From Amoebophrya sp. A120 (Eukaryota; Protista; Dinoflagellata), in contig CAJINV010000004.1 of NCBI GenBank assembly GCA_905178155.1, positions 3,505,320 to 3,569,319 of the forward strand: a stretch of DNA of 64,000 nucleotides. Reading direction: 5' to 3'. Below the pieces are notes generated by a model. It was not told where the DNA came from and searched no databases. It saw only the letters and a program-made list of their open reading frames with translations. Below, in pieces: positions 36,301 to 49,456 of the stretch. Within the stretch, counting starts at the first letter, position 1; the number at the start of each line of letters is the position of its first letter. Both the position numbers and the translations under genes were made by a program.

Positions 36301-39300
36301 CTCATACTGGTCTTGCGTCAACAGGTCCGCCTCAAGCAAGTCGCCGATCGCTTTTGTGGCCGCGGTCCGCATATCCTGTGCAAAAGTATCGCACTCGTAG
36401 TACTATTGCATTGATGCATTGCAAATCTCCTTCTCAAGGTAAATCAGCATTACAAACTTAATTTGTAAAAATGCTGGGCCAATTTGTAATGCAAATATAC
36501 TAGTGCGATGCTTTTGCAATTCATATCGCACCTCCTGCTCGATGTCCTTCAGCATGTTGGAAAAGGTATGGATTGCAAAAATGTCTGGGTCTGGAAGATT
36601 GCGAGATTTGTCATGCTGATCTGGCATGGCCCTTAAATCTGTATTGCGTGGCCACAAACAGCCTCTCTCGCCTGTCATGCAAAAACGCAGTTTCTCATGC
36701 GGAATACGCAGCACAGAAGCACGATGCAGCTTTTCATGCGTGGCGGCGCATTACAGTGCATTTGTTGTTGACTGAAATGCATCACAAATTTCCAGACCCA
36801 GACATTTTTACATTTGATAAAAGGGGGCGAGCAAAAATTGGGTCATCGCGTCCTGGCCAAGGCCCCTGGAACGTGATCGTGTAATACAATTACATCACTT
36901 TCACTCGATAAACATTCAACATAATGCTGCAAGTTACTGCCTTCTGCAATGATCTTCGTCCTACTTACTACCTAAGAACAATTTTCGTACAAACTCGAAG
37001 ACAAGGAGCAGGCACTTATGTGATGAATCAGGTGTAACTATACTCGCACAAAACCGCGAATCGCTCCGCGACTTTGAGTCGGACGCGCCATGACCTGTCT
37101 TCCAAGTATCCGAGAGAAAAAAGCTGACAGGGCACATTTGTAATGCAAAAATGAATACAACACAGAAAAATTTGCCATGGGGGGGCCCATAGCATGCTAT
37201 TTCAGATATGCAATGCAGATTTTTTTCCGTATTTATCTTTGCATTACCAATATGCCCTGCCTGCTTTTTCTGTGGGATACCAAGGCAGCGGTGATGATGG
37301 GCAGGATGTGCTGCTTGCTTCCCTCTGGATCGCCCTTGAATTGCAGCTGCACCAAGTTTATCAACTGTAAAAATGTCTGGGTCTGGAAGAATGCAACTTG
37401 TGATGCTGCATTTGGATGTCTAAAAAATTTGTGTTGCATGAGCAGCAAAAGGAATCTAATTTTTGCTACGCGGGGAGGGCATTTGTCATGCGGAATAGGT
37501 ATCAAGAATCCCTGAAAAAACCTGTGATACTAGAGCATGCATCACAGACGTCATAGCTCATGCAAACCGTGCGTGACAAGTCTCAGAATCTTGCAGACCC
37601 AGACACTTTTACATTTGATAAAGTTTGCGGACGTCTCGATGCAAGAGGTCCGTATGACGTCCTGGGTATCGTCGGCGGCCAGATTTCGGTAGACCGGGAT
37701 CATGTCTGCGACGCAGTATCCCACAGAAAAAGACCGACAGGTCATATTTGTAATGCAAAAATAAATACACAGGAAAATCTGTCATGGGCGAGGCCATAAC
37801 ATCCTGTTTAGGGCATGCAATACAGATTTTTTTGTCTATTTATTTTTGCATTACAAATATGACCTGTCGGTCTTTTTCTGGGGGATACGCAGTTCTGCTT
37901 GTCCACAACTTTGACGAATTCTGTTTATACATGATTCATCTCTGTTCATACTTCTAGCTTTCGACATAGTACAACCGATACCGAACGACGAAGAAGTCCA
38001 ATACTTTTGTCATGGACAGCACTACTGCATTTACTAAACAAAAAACTTACTACAAGCAAGAAACAGTACTTTTCCTGAATCGACGTAAATAAAAACGAAC
38101 TCTTTAGTATTTATACCTGCCAGGTGGTGCGCCGCACTTCTTCGCACCATCGGGGTCTCATCCGCCGCGAGATTGTTGTAAAGCTTCCTCAATTCGGTCT
38201 TCTGCGTTTCCGACACCCGTGCGTAGACCGCGGCAAACAGGCCGCACACGCTCAAGCGCGCCGTGAACCATTTATGCATTGCAAATATCCCTGGATGTCT
38301 GGGAGATTAAATTAAAACTTGTCATGCTAAATCTGAACGATGCAAAAATCTGTGCTGCGTGAGTACCAAAAGCTGTCCGCTCTTGACCAAGTTGAGAGGG
38401 AGTCTCTCATGCAGGAAAGGCACGATGGAGACCTCAGAGAATCTGTCATGCTGGATCTCGCACTCCAGACCTCGTGGGTCATGGAAAACCTGCATGACAA
38501 GTCTTGCAACGTTCCAGACGACCCAGACATATTTGCATTTGATACCATTCCGCCTGGGACAACTTCACCAGCGTTGGCAGGACGTCCTGCTGCACATTCA
38601 CGCGTATGAAATGCACAAAATGTCTGGGTCTGGAAACTTGTGATGCAAGGAAGGGAATTTTGAGCACACTGTAATGCCCTCCCCAGCATGACAAGTTTTT
38701 CCGTGGTTCAGAGTTGCGCACTCCGCATGAGAAACTGCGTTTTTGCATGACAGACAAGAGGACCTCTTCGCGGGCACGCAATACAGAGTTTAGAGTCATG
38801 CCAGACTAGCATGACAAATCTCACAATCTCCCAGGCCCAGACATATTTGCAGTTCATAACGCGACCGCGTATACATATCTCCTTTATCCCTGAAGATGCA
38901 TCGAAGATTTGGTTCCGTTTTTGTTTTTTTTTCACAAGAACGAACATTGTAGATGATAAAAAAAAGTCATCGCAGAATAAGGGCCTCACTTGCAGATGAT
39001 GAATAAGATGTATTTATCTAATTTTGGTAGCGCTAGAACTAGTACACTTATTGACGCCGAATCAGAGTTTCTTTTGTACCTTCAATCGCCTTTTCTCTTA
39101 TCACGGTCTCTTCCTGCAGCGCGAGCCATTGCACCGCTTCCAGGAGTATGCATTGCAAATCTGTCCGGATCTGGATTTTTTGTGAGGTTCTAAAATCTGT
39201 ATTTGGTGGACCCGGTGGGCCAGTTTTTTTCTCATGCAGTTGTGATGCTAAACACGAAGGAAAAAGAATGCCCAAGAATTGGGCTCACAATAATTGTAAT

Positions 39301-40641
39301 GCGTAGTTGTCATGCCGTACAAATGTATAGCGGCCGCTTTCTCATGCACGGGCTTCAGCATGACAGATTGTCTGCTGTCCGGTCTTCAGACCCAGATGTT
39401 GACATATTTGCAGTTGATAAGGAGGCAGAGGTGGTTCCCGCCAACGAAGTCGAGCAGAAGTATGTACTGCTCCCCCGTCCGGAAGAGAAATTCGTCGTCA
39501 TTAAAGTAGTCTTGTTTTTCGTGGTAAAGAAAATCGTCCCCAGCGACACTGAATACCAAAATCCTAAACTGTTTTCTCGTTTGCCAAAATCCTAAATCAC
39601 AGCCAGCATGTTGCTGTGGAAGTGTGTGTGTGTGTGTGGCGATTGATGTCTCTGTCAAAAACCTGTACACCACAGTGGAGCTAATGTAAAAACTACCTAT
39701 GTCAACAGTTACGCGTAAAAGTGTGTATGCTCCTTCGACGGTGCCCAATTTTATTCAGTATGCGTATGCTTCGCGAATATGTCTAGGTCTGGAAGATTGC
39801 AAGTTTGTCAAGCTTGTCTGGCATTACGCTTACTTCTCTGATGCATCAACACAAGGGCCTCGTGTTTGTCATGCAAAACGCAGTTCGCAATGCAGAAAAG
39901 CAAAAGGAAACACGTAGCAGCTCATCTTCAATAACTTGTCATGCTGGGCTGCGTATCGCAGTGCGCTGACAATTCACAGATTTGCATATCACAACCTTCC
40001 AGACCCCGCCATATTTGCTGCATTTGATAATGCTGTATGGGACGCAATTTTGCACTTGATATTTTTTCGACGACTCGTAGAGGAAGGGAATCAGCTTATC
40101 CTGTGTAAAAACGTCCCTACCCCAGAGTTGTCATGCGAATGCGCAATGGCATAACCATTTGCAATGCGCATCTCCATGCGACGCGTTTCCAAACGTGTTT
40201 TGGCATTTGTAGTGCTGTAAACAGGATGAGAAAGCGGCTTTCTCATGCGGCTTCCCTTGCGAACCACCACTACGCTGTAGCTGGAAACTTGTGATGCACA
40301 ACTCCCAAAACTTGGAGATTTGTGTTGCAGATTTACCAACTTGACCTTGGGGTGGGGACGTTTTTGCTCAAGATACAGCTCGTCCACAGTTCGCCGCGTG
40401 CCAATCGCGTACGCGATTTGGTGGGCCCGGGAGACTGCTTGCAGCCGTATGCGCTGCGAGTCATTCTTGATCTCTTCTTTGAAGAAATGAAGCCATATCC
40501 AGCAGAAAAAAACAGGCATAGGGCATAAATAATTGTAATGCAAAACCCCTTGAGAGTTCTTTCTGTTGATTCATTCTACGCATTACAAATCTGCCCTATC
40601 CCTGTCTCTTTCTGTGGGATATGCCAGTCGACGGAGGCCAT
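33343..40641 (-). CDS. PPP2R1A: Protein phosphatase 2A scaffold subunit A (PR65, HEAT repeats)
   Basis: MASVDWLHFFKEEIKNDSQRIRLQAV..AIGTRRTVDELIPFL, DDEFLFRTGEQ..FVGG, LALQEETVIREKAIE, WFTARLSVCGLF, LAADETPMVRRSAA, DRSWRVR, DKHWRIR, LKDSVHAVR and ALNDVVPNVK follow the PR65/A HEAT-repeat series. About 15 introners plus GT-AG introns. Confidence 0.93.
37717..37887. mobile_element. Introner family D (TIR TATCCCACAGAAAAAGACCGACAGGTCATATTTGTAATGCAAAAATAAATA), long hairpin, TSD CGCAG
   Basis: Near-perfect inverted repeat of about 49 bp. Other copies: 1965-2128 (TSD TTCCG), 16480-16650, 18711-18857, 37107-37279 (TSD CCAAG), 40496-40621. Confidence 0.92.
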
Positions 40642-42721
40642 GGTATCACGGTTGGATCAAGTCCGTAAAGTAAAGGTCCGCTCTTCTTTGATGTCGTTTG
40701 GGTAGTAGTTCTCGGTGCAGCTCGAGGTGCCGTCGTGTAGAAGGAAAACAACTGAAAACCGATTTAGGGAGAAGTACTGAGGCTGGAACGACTTCAGGGT
40801 CGGACGGAACTTACTTCTCCCGTTCGTCTGCACCGGCCTATGATCCGACGATCGGCTTCGCTTCGGCGGGTGTAGTCCGCTTTAGTAATTTTCGGGGCTT
40901 GATGTAGTTTAACCAATCGGTGCTTACACCTATCGGTCTTTCCTCTACCCGTGTCGCCGATATTCTTAGACTGGTCGTCTGTATTGAGGAACCGGCGTCG
41001 ACTTCTGCTGCCAGCCGTAGTAAGTACTTCTCGTGGACTACAGCCTCGCTGGGGTCGCTTAGTTCCTGGTCCGGGTAGTTGTATTTCTAGCTGTAATGTG
41101 TACTGCTCCTACCGGTACTACACTAGTGGTCCTCCTCGTCGTGTCCTCTTCTAGAGCACCAAAGCAGCTCGGCACAGCAGCTCTTTGCCGCCACCGCCGG
41201 TGGTAGTTCCGGCCCGGGCAGACTGTTCACAAAATGGTCCTGTGCAGCGGCGGGGGGAAGAAGTGGACAGGGGTTTGTCCTGCACAGACGCCAGTTGTTT
41301 ATTTCGGGTGAAAATAAAGTTTGCAGTTTCAATATTATCGCCCCCCGCTCCGACGACCGCGCATCCATTATCATACGCTGCAGCTCTCATAATTGATTAT
41401 CTTCTTCATGCGCGTCTACTAAATTGTGTCTCGATAGAAGTCTTCGACAGGAAGTTCGTTGTTTGGTACTTGTATCAAAAGGCAAAAACTCCTTCCTCTA
41501 CACTCTGGTCCGACCTCGCTGCACAAAGGAAAAAGCCAACCACTGATAGGAGCACAGCGCGCCGCGACCGGAGTCGCTAGGTACTACTGAAAAAAAATGG
41601 ATATTAAACACAGCGCGCGGCGATCTCAGTCTATCATTTTGCTCAGCTTTAACATTGTTACCGACAAGAAGGAAAAAAAGGTATAACTATCGTGGCCTAC
41701 TTGCTCACACTGACAGAATCATTTACACATCGTCTGGTAATAAATTGCGTTGGTTGGTCAGTTCGTGGCTGCAAGTTGTGCCACTGAACTGCCACTCTGC
41801 GTCACGGAAGGGACATCAAATTGTAATTGGTTGAACTGCAGATTACTATTTTGCTATGTGATAAAAGATCTTTTCCATGGCCTCGACGTCGACATGCCAA
41901 AAATGTTTATTATGCATAGCACAGCACCAAGTCGTGAGAAGGCCGCTGGTGGAAGTTCGTACATTTCTGTGAATTTGTCTGCTAAGTACTTGACATTTCA
42001 GCCCTAATACTACTGCATAGTTGCAGAGCTTGCGGTATTAACACTGCAAATCAAAGTTTTTCGCGTTCTAGAGCACAGATTTCATTTGTTACTTTCAGTT
42101 TTCTCTTTAAGTATCGTGTTTTGCTTGTCCTCCATCTCCCGCTACTGGAAAAGCGGTTCTTACATACAAGGACACCAACAACGGCACGTGCTTACAGCGC
42201 GTTTTCAACTACATCCTGGCCCCGAACTTGCATGTAGTGGAAAACTCAATAGAGCAGCAAACACGGCGCTCACTCCGCTTCAGCTGCTACACGGCTCTGA
42301 AGAAAAACGCTCCGAAAAATACGAACAAGCCGGCGCAGTGCCTTCTGACTCTTCAACCCAGCCAAAACCATAGTTTTGGTGTCGCCCCCCGCGGACCTTG
42401 AAGTAGCGGGAGGAGCTTCTTTGCTGTCGGTTTTACTTGACTGCGCAGAAGGACATTAGGTCTCAGTATCTATGCCTCGCCCCGGCGCGGACGCGCAGTG
42501 GCAAGAAGAGGGCACGGTGCAAAAACTTTTGCGAATAACTATGTAGTTGTGGGACGACAAGAATCTTTCTCCTGCGGACTAAGCCGACAATCAATCTACT
42601 TAAAAAGCAGTCGTGCGGCCACGTGTTCACAGCGAACTCTCATTTGCTGTTAGTTCACCACCCGTAGCAGCATGCAACTTTACTAGGAGACCGTCGCGTT
42701 ATCATTTCTATCTAGTAATTC

Positions 42722-45700
42722 TCACACCCGCAGGCTCTGCTCCGGGCGCATGGTGGCTGAGACCGAGCTCTGCGTCTGCCGAAAAACGCGGTCGTCGCCG
42801 TCAAGGGAGCAGGTCCAGTAGTTGTAAACGCTGGAGACGGCGGAACAGTATGACAGTGCACAACTCCCCCTCCCCTTCACTTGTCTAACATGAACGGCAA
42901 TACAAGCATCAGCAAGAGTGCCGGCTTTGCATGACAGATTTGCACTGGAGTATAGTGCTATTTGAGCTGCCAGAACTTGTCACGCACACAGTGCCAAGAG
43001 GCAAAGGGTGGATTGGGTATTTTGCATGACAAATGAGGGGGAGGGGAAGTTGTGCACTGTCATAAACAGGGGGTCAAGTCCTGAAACAGAAAACACATCC
43101 CCTTCACGTTTCCGCTGTACAACGGCAAAAGTCGTACAGTAGCAGGAGGAGTACTCCTCGTAGTAATTACATCAATCTTGCATCATGACAAATGTCCTTT
43201 TGGACCTTGCTCAGCATTACAACTTGCCTTTTCTACATTCATTCACAATCACCACTAGCACGAGACTTTTGCAATGCGTACCCACTGTACCGCTGCACCA
43301 CGTGGGGGTTCCGCTCCGGATTCAGGTACTCGAAGGCCGGTATGGAGTTGTCAACCGTTTTGACGCTGTCAGCTGTTGCACGAAAGCGTGATGCACGAAT
43401 AGCAAATGCGAAAGGAGGGAGTTTGCGCGTCTTGCATTACAGGTTTCTTGTCGTCGAATCTACGCTGTTTTTTTGGCGCGTCGAGAACTTCTTGTGACGC
43501 GAAGCAGCTCGATCGCGTGGAGAGTCAGGGTGGTAGTGATTCTGCATGACAGATCATGTGACAGCTCCTGAGAAGGTAACGGTTGAGAACAACTCCATAG
43601 CCGTCAGATCCGCCTTTCATTTTGGAGATTGCGTACTTTTCAAAAAATTCTACGATATTGATCTAGAAATCCGCAGTCACGATCAGGGTGGAATCGCAAG
43701 CAAAAGGACACAGCAGCAAGACGATGAAAAAAGTTTAAGTTTATATCACAGTAATATTTTTTACCAGCATGAGCGCCACGTGTCTCCCGAGCAGCAATGC
43801 GACGAAGCCCAGCAGTCCCAGGTTGCACTATGCACTGCAAACATGTCTGGGTCTTGAAGAACGCAATATCTGTCATGCACATTTGGCATAACCCATCATG
43901 TCTGTGATGTATGCTCTAGCATCACAGATTTTTTGATCATGCCTGTCCCGCATCAGAAATGCCCTCTCCGCGCTGCAACGAGTGAACTCCTCTTGCTGAT
44001 CATGCAATACAGATTGTCTTAGAATCCAGAGGCACCGTCACAAGCTCTTGCACTCTTCCAGACATCCAGGGATTATATGTGCAATGCATATGCACACTGC
44101 GCTTGCGAGTAAGCAGATCTTTCCCACAACGCCGGTTTCGAAGAAGAACGCCACGTCGCCGCTGGTGTTTTCGATTTCAGTCAGCAGGTAATCGAAGAAC
44201 AAGGAAAACCACCACAATGTCAGCGTGAACGCAGACAGGAGGAAGAGAAAAAAACTGCGCTGGTTGCCGAGCCCGATCGCGTTGTCGACCCAGGGACAAT
44301 GGTGGTCAAACCGTTCGACGACGCGGCACTTCTCTTTCCAGAACTTCGATCTCTGCGTCAGGAGGCAGCGACAGGTGACGTTCAGGTTCTGAAAGTTCCC
44401 CGACAACACTTTCTGCAGGTACAGTGTGCCGTTTAACGCTGCGGCGGGCGAAGATACGCGGGCTGTTGTAGTGGCGGGAACAACATCTTCCGGCGCACTG
44501 CTGAGACTGCTTATTTCTTTTCCACTCCGGGTTTCATGATCTCCCGCCGGCGTCGTCAATTCGAGCACGCTGTCAACACGAAAAAGACTGCTGTGTCCGG
44601 CAACAGGGGTTGCAGTGGAGGGGAAAACATTTTTGCCACTGCTAGATGATGGCGCTTCTTCAAAAAGGTGGACACACAAGCGCACGACTTAGCGCAGCAG
44701 TGCACGACTTAAGCAGCGCACTACCTAACAAACGTCGCACTACCTAACAAAGTGCGCAGCAGCGCACTATCTAACAAAAGCGCACTACCTAACAAAAGCG
44801 CACTACCTAACAAAAGCGCACTACCTAACAAAAGCGCACTACCTAACAAAAGCGCGCTACCTAACAAATGTCGGTGCACTACTTATAGCGAACGTTTAGC
44901 GGTTGCTTCTGCGCTAACGACTGCTTAAGTCGTGCGCACTACTTAACGCAGCAAAGTCGCGCACGGCATCTCGAGCGTAGCGCACGACTTACCGCAACGG
45001 AAAGGCTGGGCGTGGCCGCAGGGCACCCGTAAGGGTGTCGCGCATGATGACTTTAGAAGTGGAGACACGCACAACTTCAGCAAAAATCCTGGTCGCAAAG
45101 CGCTCCCGCAGCGAGGTACCTACGTCGTTGCAGCACGTGCACGAAGAGCGCTGGCGCTGAGACATGACAAACTCTACTTCCGTCTCTGTTTATTGAGAAG
45201 TTCCTGTTAACAATACCGAAGCCGAACACAAAGCTGCTTTTCGCTTCGGTACAGCAGCCGACGCAACTTCCCCACGTCCGCCGAAATCGCGAAAATCCGG
45301 TCGTTCAGCGTTTCCAGGTCCTTCGCAAAGACCGTATGTGCAATTTCACTGTCGCTGTAGTTCGTTTCTTGCGTCAGGGTTCTCTGCTCCTGGCGCACGT
45401 GCGCGGGCAAATAAACGTGGGACACGTCCTTCGGCAAGAGAAGCTGTCGCTGGAAGTTGAACTGGTGCAGGTCCCGCTCGAGCTCGTACAAATCCTCCAA
45501 CGCACCGAGGACATCATCCACGGTGATTTTCCGTCGCCGTTCGTCCGGGAAGTTATGCAATACAAATTTCCCGTACATGTACAAGATGCATCACAAATTC
45601 TACCAATTTGGAGCGTAAAACTTGTCATGCTAAACCAGGAGCGAAGCCAAGCTTTGTCATGTTGGGAAACTAAGGGCAGGGCGTCCCTTTTGTAAATCGA

Positions 45701-48700
45701 AACTACAAACTTTAAACCACCTACCCGGTAAACTCTAAAGCAGAAAAATTGAACAGCGCGATTTCTACCGAGAGACAGCAACAGAAACTCCTGGGACGGC
45801 TGCGACGTGAGTTCTGTTGTTATCTGAGTAGAAATAGCACTGTGCAACAGTCGTGCCTTAGCACCGAGGGAACCGAAAAAATAAAAAGGTGTGAAGAAGC
45901 TAACTATGACACAGTCCCACCTACCCAAAGAACCATCCTAGAGGTGGTATCTCGAATTTCTAGCATGAAGGAACTGATTGGTTTGGGAAATGGGGTTGCG
46001 ATCGTGGCGCCAACATCCAAATCCAGACCAACATGCAAATGGCCCGATGAGCCACGAGGTTGGTGTGTCCAGCATGACAAACACGACGTCAAAGATAAAT
46101 AGTGCCACGAGACCGGAGTAGTTCATGACCAAACCGAGGAATTGCATGACAAATTTTGGCCGAGCTGTAACAAATTCGAGAACCAGGATGGAAATAGTGT
46201 ACTTAACCTGCGTAGTGGTCGCGTACTAAGAACCCCTAGGAAGAAAGTAAATATCAATGAAGGTTAGGTATTATAGTAATGCAGAGACCGCATTTGTATG
46301 CAGAGACCAAGCTTTGTCATGCAGAGACCGCATTTGTACGTGTACAGGAAATTATTTACTGTGGATAGAAATGAAGCAGATCGTACAGCTGCTGCTGCTT
46401 CAATCGCTTGATACTCCAGTTTTTGCTGCTCGATGCCGCCGCGCTGGGCGCGGTCCCGCGCACGTCGCAGGTCACCCGGTGCTCCACGCTCTCGATCAGA
46501 ATGCTCTGCTGCCGCTTCGAAGGCGTTTTCTTGTTCGCCACCGTGTGATCACTCGAATCGATCGGTGCCGAGTCCTATGCATTGCAAAAGCATATGTAAT
46601 AGTGCAACAATTCTTGCATGATACAAATGGATTCCAAAGCAAAATCATACTTCTCATGCAGAGTTAGGTCGTGAAGTAGCAGATCTGTCATGCAAGACTT
46701 CTGCAATTAGGAAAAGTTACTTCCTACACATATTGCTTTTGCACAGGATATATTCTTGCTATTGTTCGCCGATGAAACGTTGCCTGGGGTGTCGTTTGCC
46801 GCGGTGGTAGACGCCATTTCCATCAGATCCAAATCGATCAAGTCGGGCCGCTCGTATCCACAGTAAATTTTCCGTACACCTACAGGTGCGGTCTCTGCAT
46901 GACAAGACTTGGCTTCGATTCTAGTTTAGCATGACAAGTTTTACGCTCCAAATTTGTGAAATTTGTGGTGCATGTTGTCCATGTACGGGAAATTTGTATT
47001 GCATAGCTCGTTCTCGTCTGCAACGAAGATGCTCGTCGCGGCGGTCGGGTACAGGGCGTACAGGTCCTCGCGATACTTTGCAATCTCGCTGTTAAGCCTC
47101 CTTGGTTGTACTGTCGGTGACGACGTCGAGTTTACACCTTGTTGTAGCTCCACCGTTGGACGATTATCGACTCCAGCAAGATGAGCAGCGCCGTCGATTA
47201 TATCGCCCCCGCTACTGTCGATCAGCGGTGTGTAAAAGAACTTTTGCTCGCGCGCGTTGGTAATACCCCCCGCAGTAGAAGTAGACCCACTGGCACTACC
47301 TCCATGCAACGGCCCCAGACCGCAACTGCTGTCCTGCAGGGCGCGGAGACAGTTCCGCGTGGCGTTTGGCCGCCGCTTCTTGCTCGCGGGCCTGCGCTTG
47401 CGAAAGGCGGCCACGTGGGTCATCTGGGACCCGATCACCTGGTCCGCGTCAAACGTTTCGGCGTGGTCAAAAATCCGCTGCGCCTGGCTCAGAATGGTGT
47501 TGGGCGCGAGACACCCCGGGTCCGTTTGCCAGCACAGCAGCCAGAGTTTCACCGTGAGGGCGTAGTAAACCAGCCAGAGCACTACGTTGGTGATGCCAAA
47601 AGAATCTTCGAAAAGACTATAACTCGTGAAGAAAGCTCCACTTCCGTTGCCCACCGGGTTTTCAATATCGCCAGGCGAGGAAGACGAGGGTGGTGCTCCA
47701 CCTGTGCTCTCCGGAGGTAGGTGTGCTGTCCCGGTTGTAGTGCCGACCGCCACGGCGATCCTACTGGGCAGTATAACCCCGAGAACGACCACCAAATTGA
47801 CGAAGAACACCGCGGCGACGCGCCACGCGAAGTCGTCCTGGAAGATGTGGGGGTGGCCGCAGACACGGTAAAAGCATTTTGCGACGAAAAAGTTCCAGCA
47901 CAGGGACCAATTACTACTGCGGTACGCGATCTGCATCGGCGTGTCACCGCACCCGTCGGGCTCGTCGATGAGAAAGTGGCCTGTGCTGTTCGGTGGAAAA
48001 ACGCACCCAGGACAACGTATACGTAGCTAACGGCGGCGGGAGTGGTTGTGCTATGAAATAACTAGAGATTCACTTTTAAAAACTCTATTCCGAATGCCAA
48101 GGCTCGACACGTTGTTATATGCAGAGTTGTGCGCGGATGGCGCAGTCGCATCACAAACCCGGTTTGATATCCTGATTTTGTTCGGGCATGTTGACCACCA
48201 CAAATCTACTTCCTCAGAAACCGATCCACCGTGCGTGCATGGGCGAGAAATAACCGGCGCTCGTACGTGAGACCATAACGAACTACTTCTCGGCATGCAT
48301 CGAATCGAAACGCGCACAAAGCCAGCTCTGAAAGCGATGGGTACGTTTTTCCACTTAGGATATCCGACTGCCAGGAGCCAGTCCACCACGGGCCTTGCCG
48401 CCATCCAGACCTCGGTGGCGTCCTTCCTCGCCGCCCAGTGCAGCGCCGTGAGGCCCTCGTGGTCGCGGTGAGCCACCGAGGCGGCCCGGGACAGCAGATA
48501 CGTCACCGTTTTGCAGTGTCCGCGCGCACAGGCGTACTGCAGGGCGGTGCGGCCCAGGTTGTCCTGCTCCTCCACCGAAGCACCGGTCTGCAGGTACAAG
48601 TACTCCAAAAGTTCCACGGCGTCCTCCTGCGCCGCGACCAAGAACACCGACATGCCCTCCTTGTCGCGCATGGTGAAATATCCTGTGCAAAAGTATCTCT

Positions 48701-49456
48701 CGTACTAATTGCAATTACGCATTACAAATTTCCTCTCCAAGGTAAAATAGCATGACAAATTTTTCATGCTGAGAGAACTTGTATATACCAGTACGATGCT
48801 TTTGCAATTCATATAAAAACCCCGGGGTCTCGCCGGTACAGGAGGCGTAGCGCGGTCACGTTTTTGCTCTTCGCCGCCCAGTGGGCGCAGGTTTCCTGCA
48901 GCCCCGCGGTCCCGTGCCGCACCTGCTCGACCGTGGAATTTTGTAACATATCAACAGCAAAAATGTCTGGGTCTGGAAACTTGTAATGCTGCGTTGGGAG
49001 TAGTGAATGCCCTGTAATGCACAGGCAAGCATGAAAAATATTCGCGCTTCTTTGTGTTGCGTTTTTCGCATGACAGGCTGCGTTTTTGCATGACAGACAA
49101 AAGGGTCTCTTCTTGGACACGCATCGGAAACTTTTCGGCCATGCCAGACACGCATGACAAATCTCAAAATCTTCCAGACCCATACATTTTTGCATTTGAT
49201 ACAACAGCAGGCTGAGCAACTCGAAATAGCTGACGCACTTCTGCCGCCGGACCTCCTGGTTCAGGGCCAGAAAGCGGGGACCGCTGTACCAGCACGCCCA
49301 GTGGAAGGCCGTGGAGCCGTCCGGCAACGGCGTTACTGGGTAGTTCCCGCGCCGAAAAAGGTCGCAGGCCACCTCCGGCTGGTCCCATGCCGCCGCCTCC
49401 GTCACGGTTTCTGGTACGCGTAGCGCGGCCCCATTATGATCCACCCCGCGCTGCAT
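42722..49456 (-). CDS. Ankyrin-repeat DHHC palmitoyltransferase (Akr1/ZDHHC17-like)
   Basis: Ankyrin repeats (DGSTAFHWA, ETCAHWAA, DNLGRTALQYAC, DHEGLTALHWAA, GDTPMQIA), TM segments and RFDHHCPWVDNAIGLGNQRSF near 44260-44315. The C-terminal exons join in frame to a TGA at 42722. Confidence 0.9.
42849..43064. mobile_element. Introner family H (TIR TATGACAGTGCACAACTYCCCCTCCCC), TSD AACAG
   Basis: Near-perfect 27-bp inverted repeat. Related copies at 15252-15512, 17808-18043 (TSD GGAAC) and a decayed one near 20075-20360. Confidence 0.88.
44702..44935. repeat. 18-bp minisatellite (AGCGCACTACCTAACAAA, about 6 near-perfect plus 2 degenerate units) bracketed by a 15-bp inverted repeat
   Basis: Units run from 44761 to 44868. 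GCACGACTTAAGCAG is at 44702-44716 and its reverse complement at 44921-44935. Confidence 0.9.
46855..47005. mobile_element. Introner family K (ends TATCCACAGTAAAT / TATGCAATACAAATTTCCCGTAC), TSD GCTCG
   Basis: A second, expanded copy in the opposite orientation lies at 45554-46367 (TSD GAAGT/GAAAT). Confidence 0.85.

Noticed and set aside
45660-46260. Extra 600 bp inside element 45554-46367 as a possible solo LTR (starts TGTTG)
   Set aside because: I could not identify a matching end or a target duplication.
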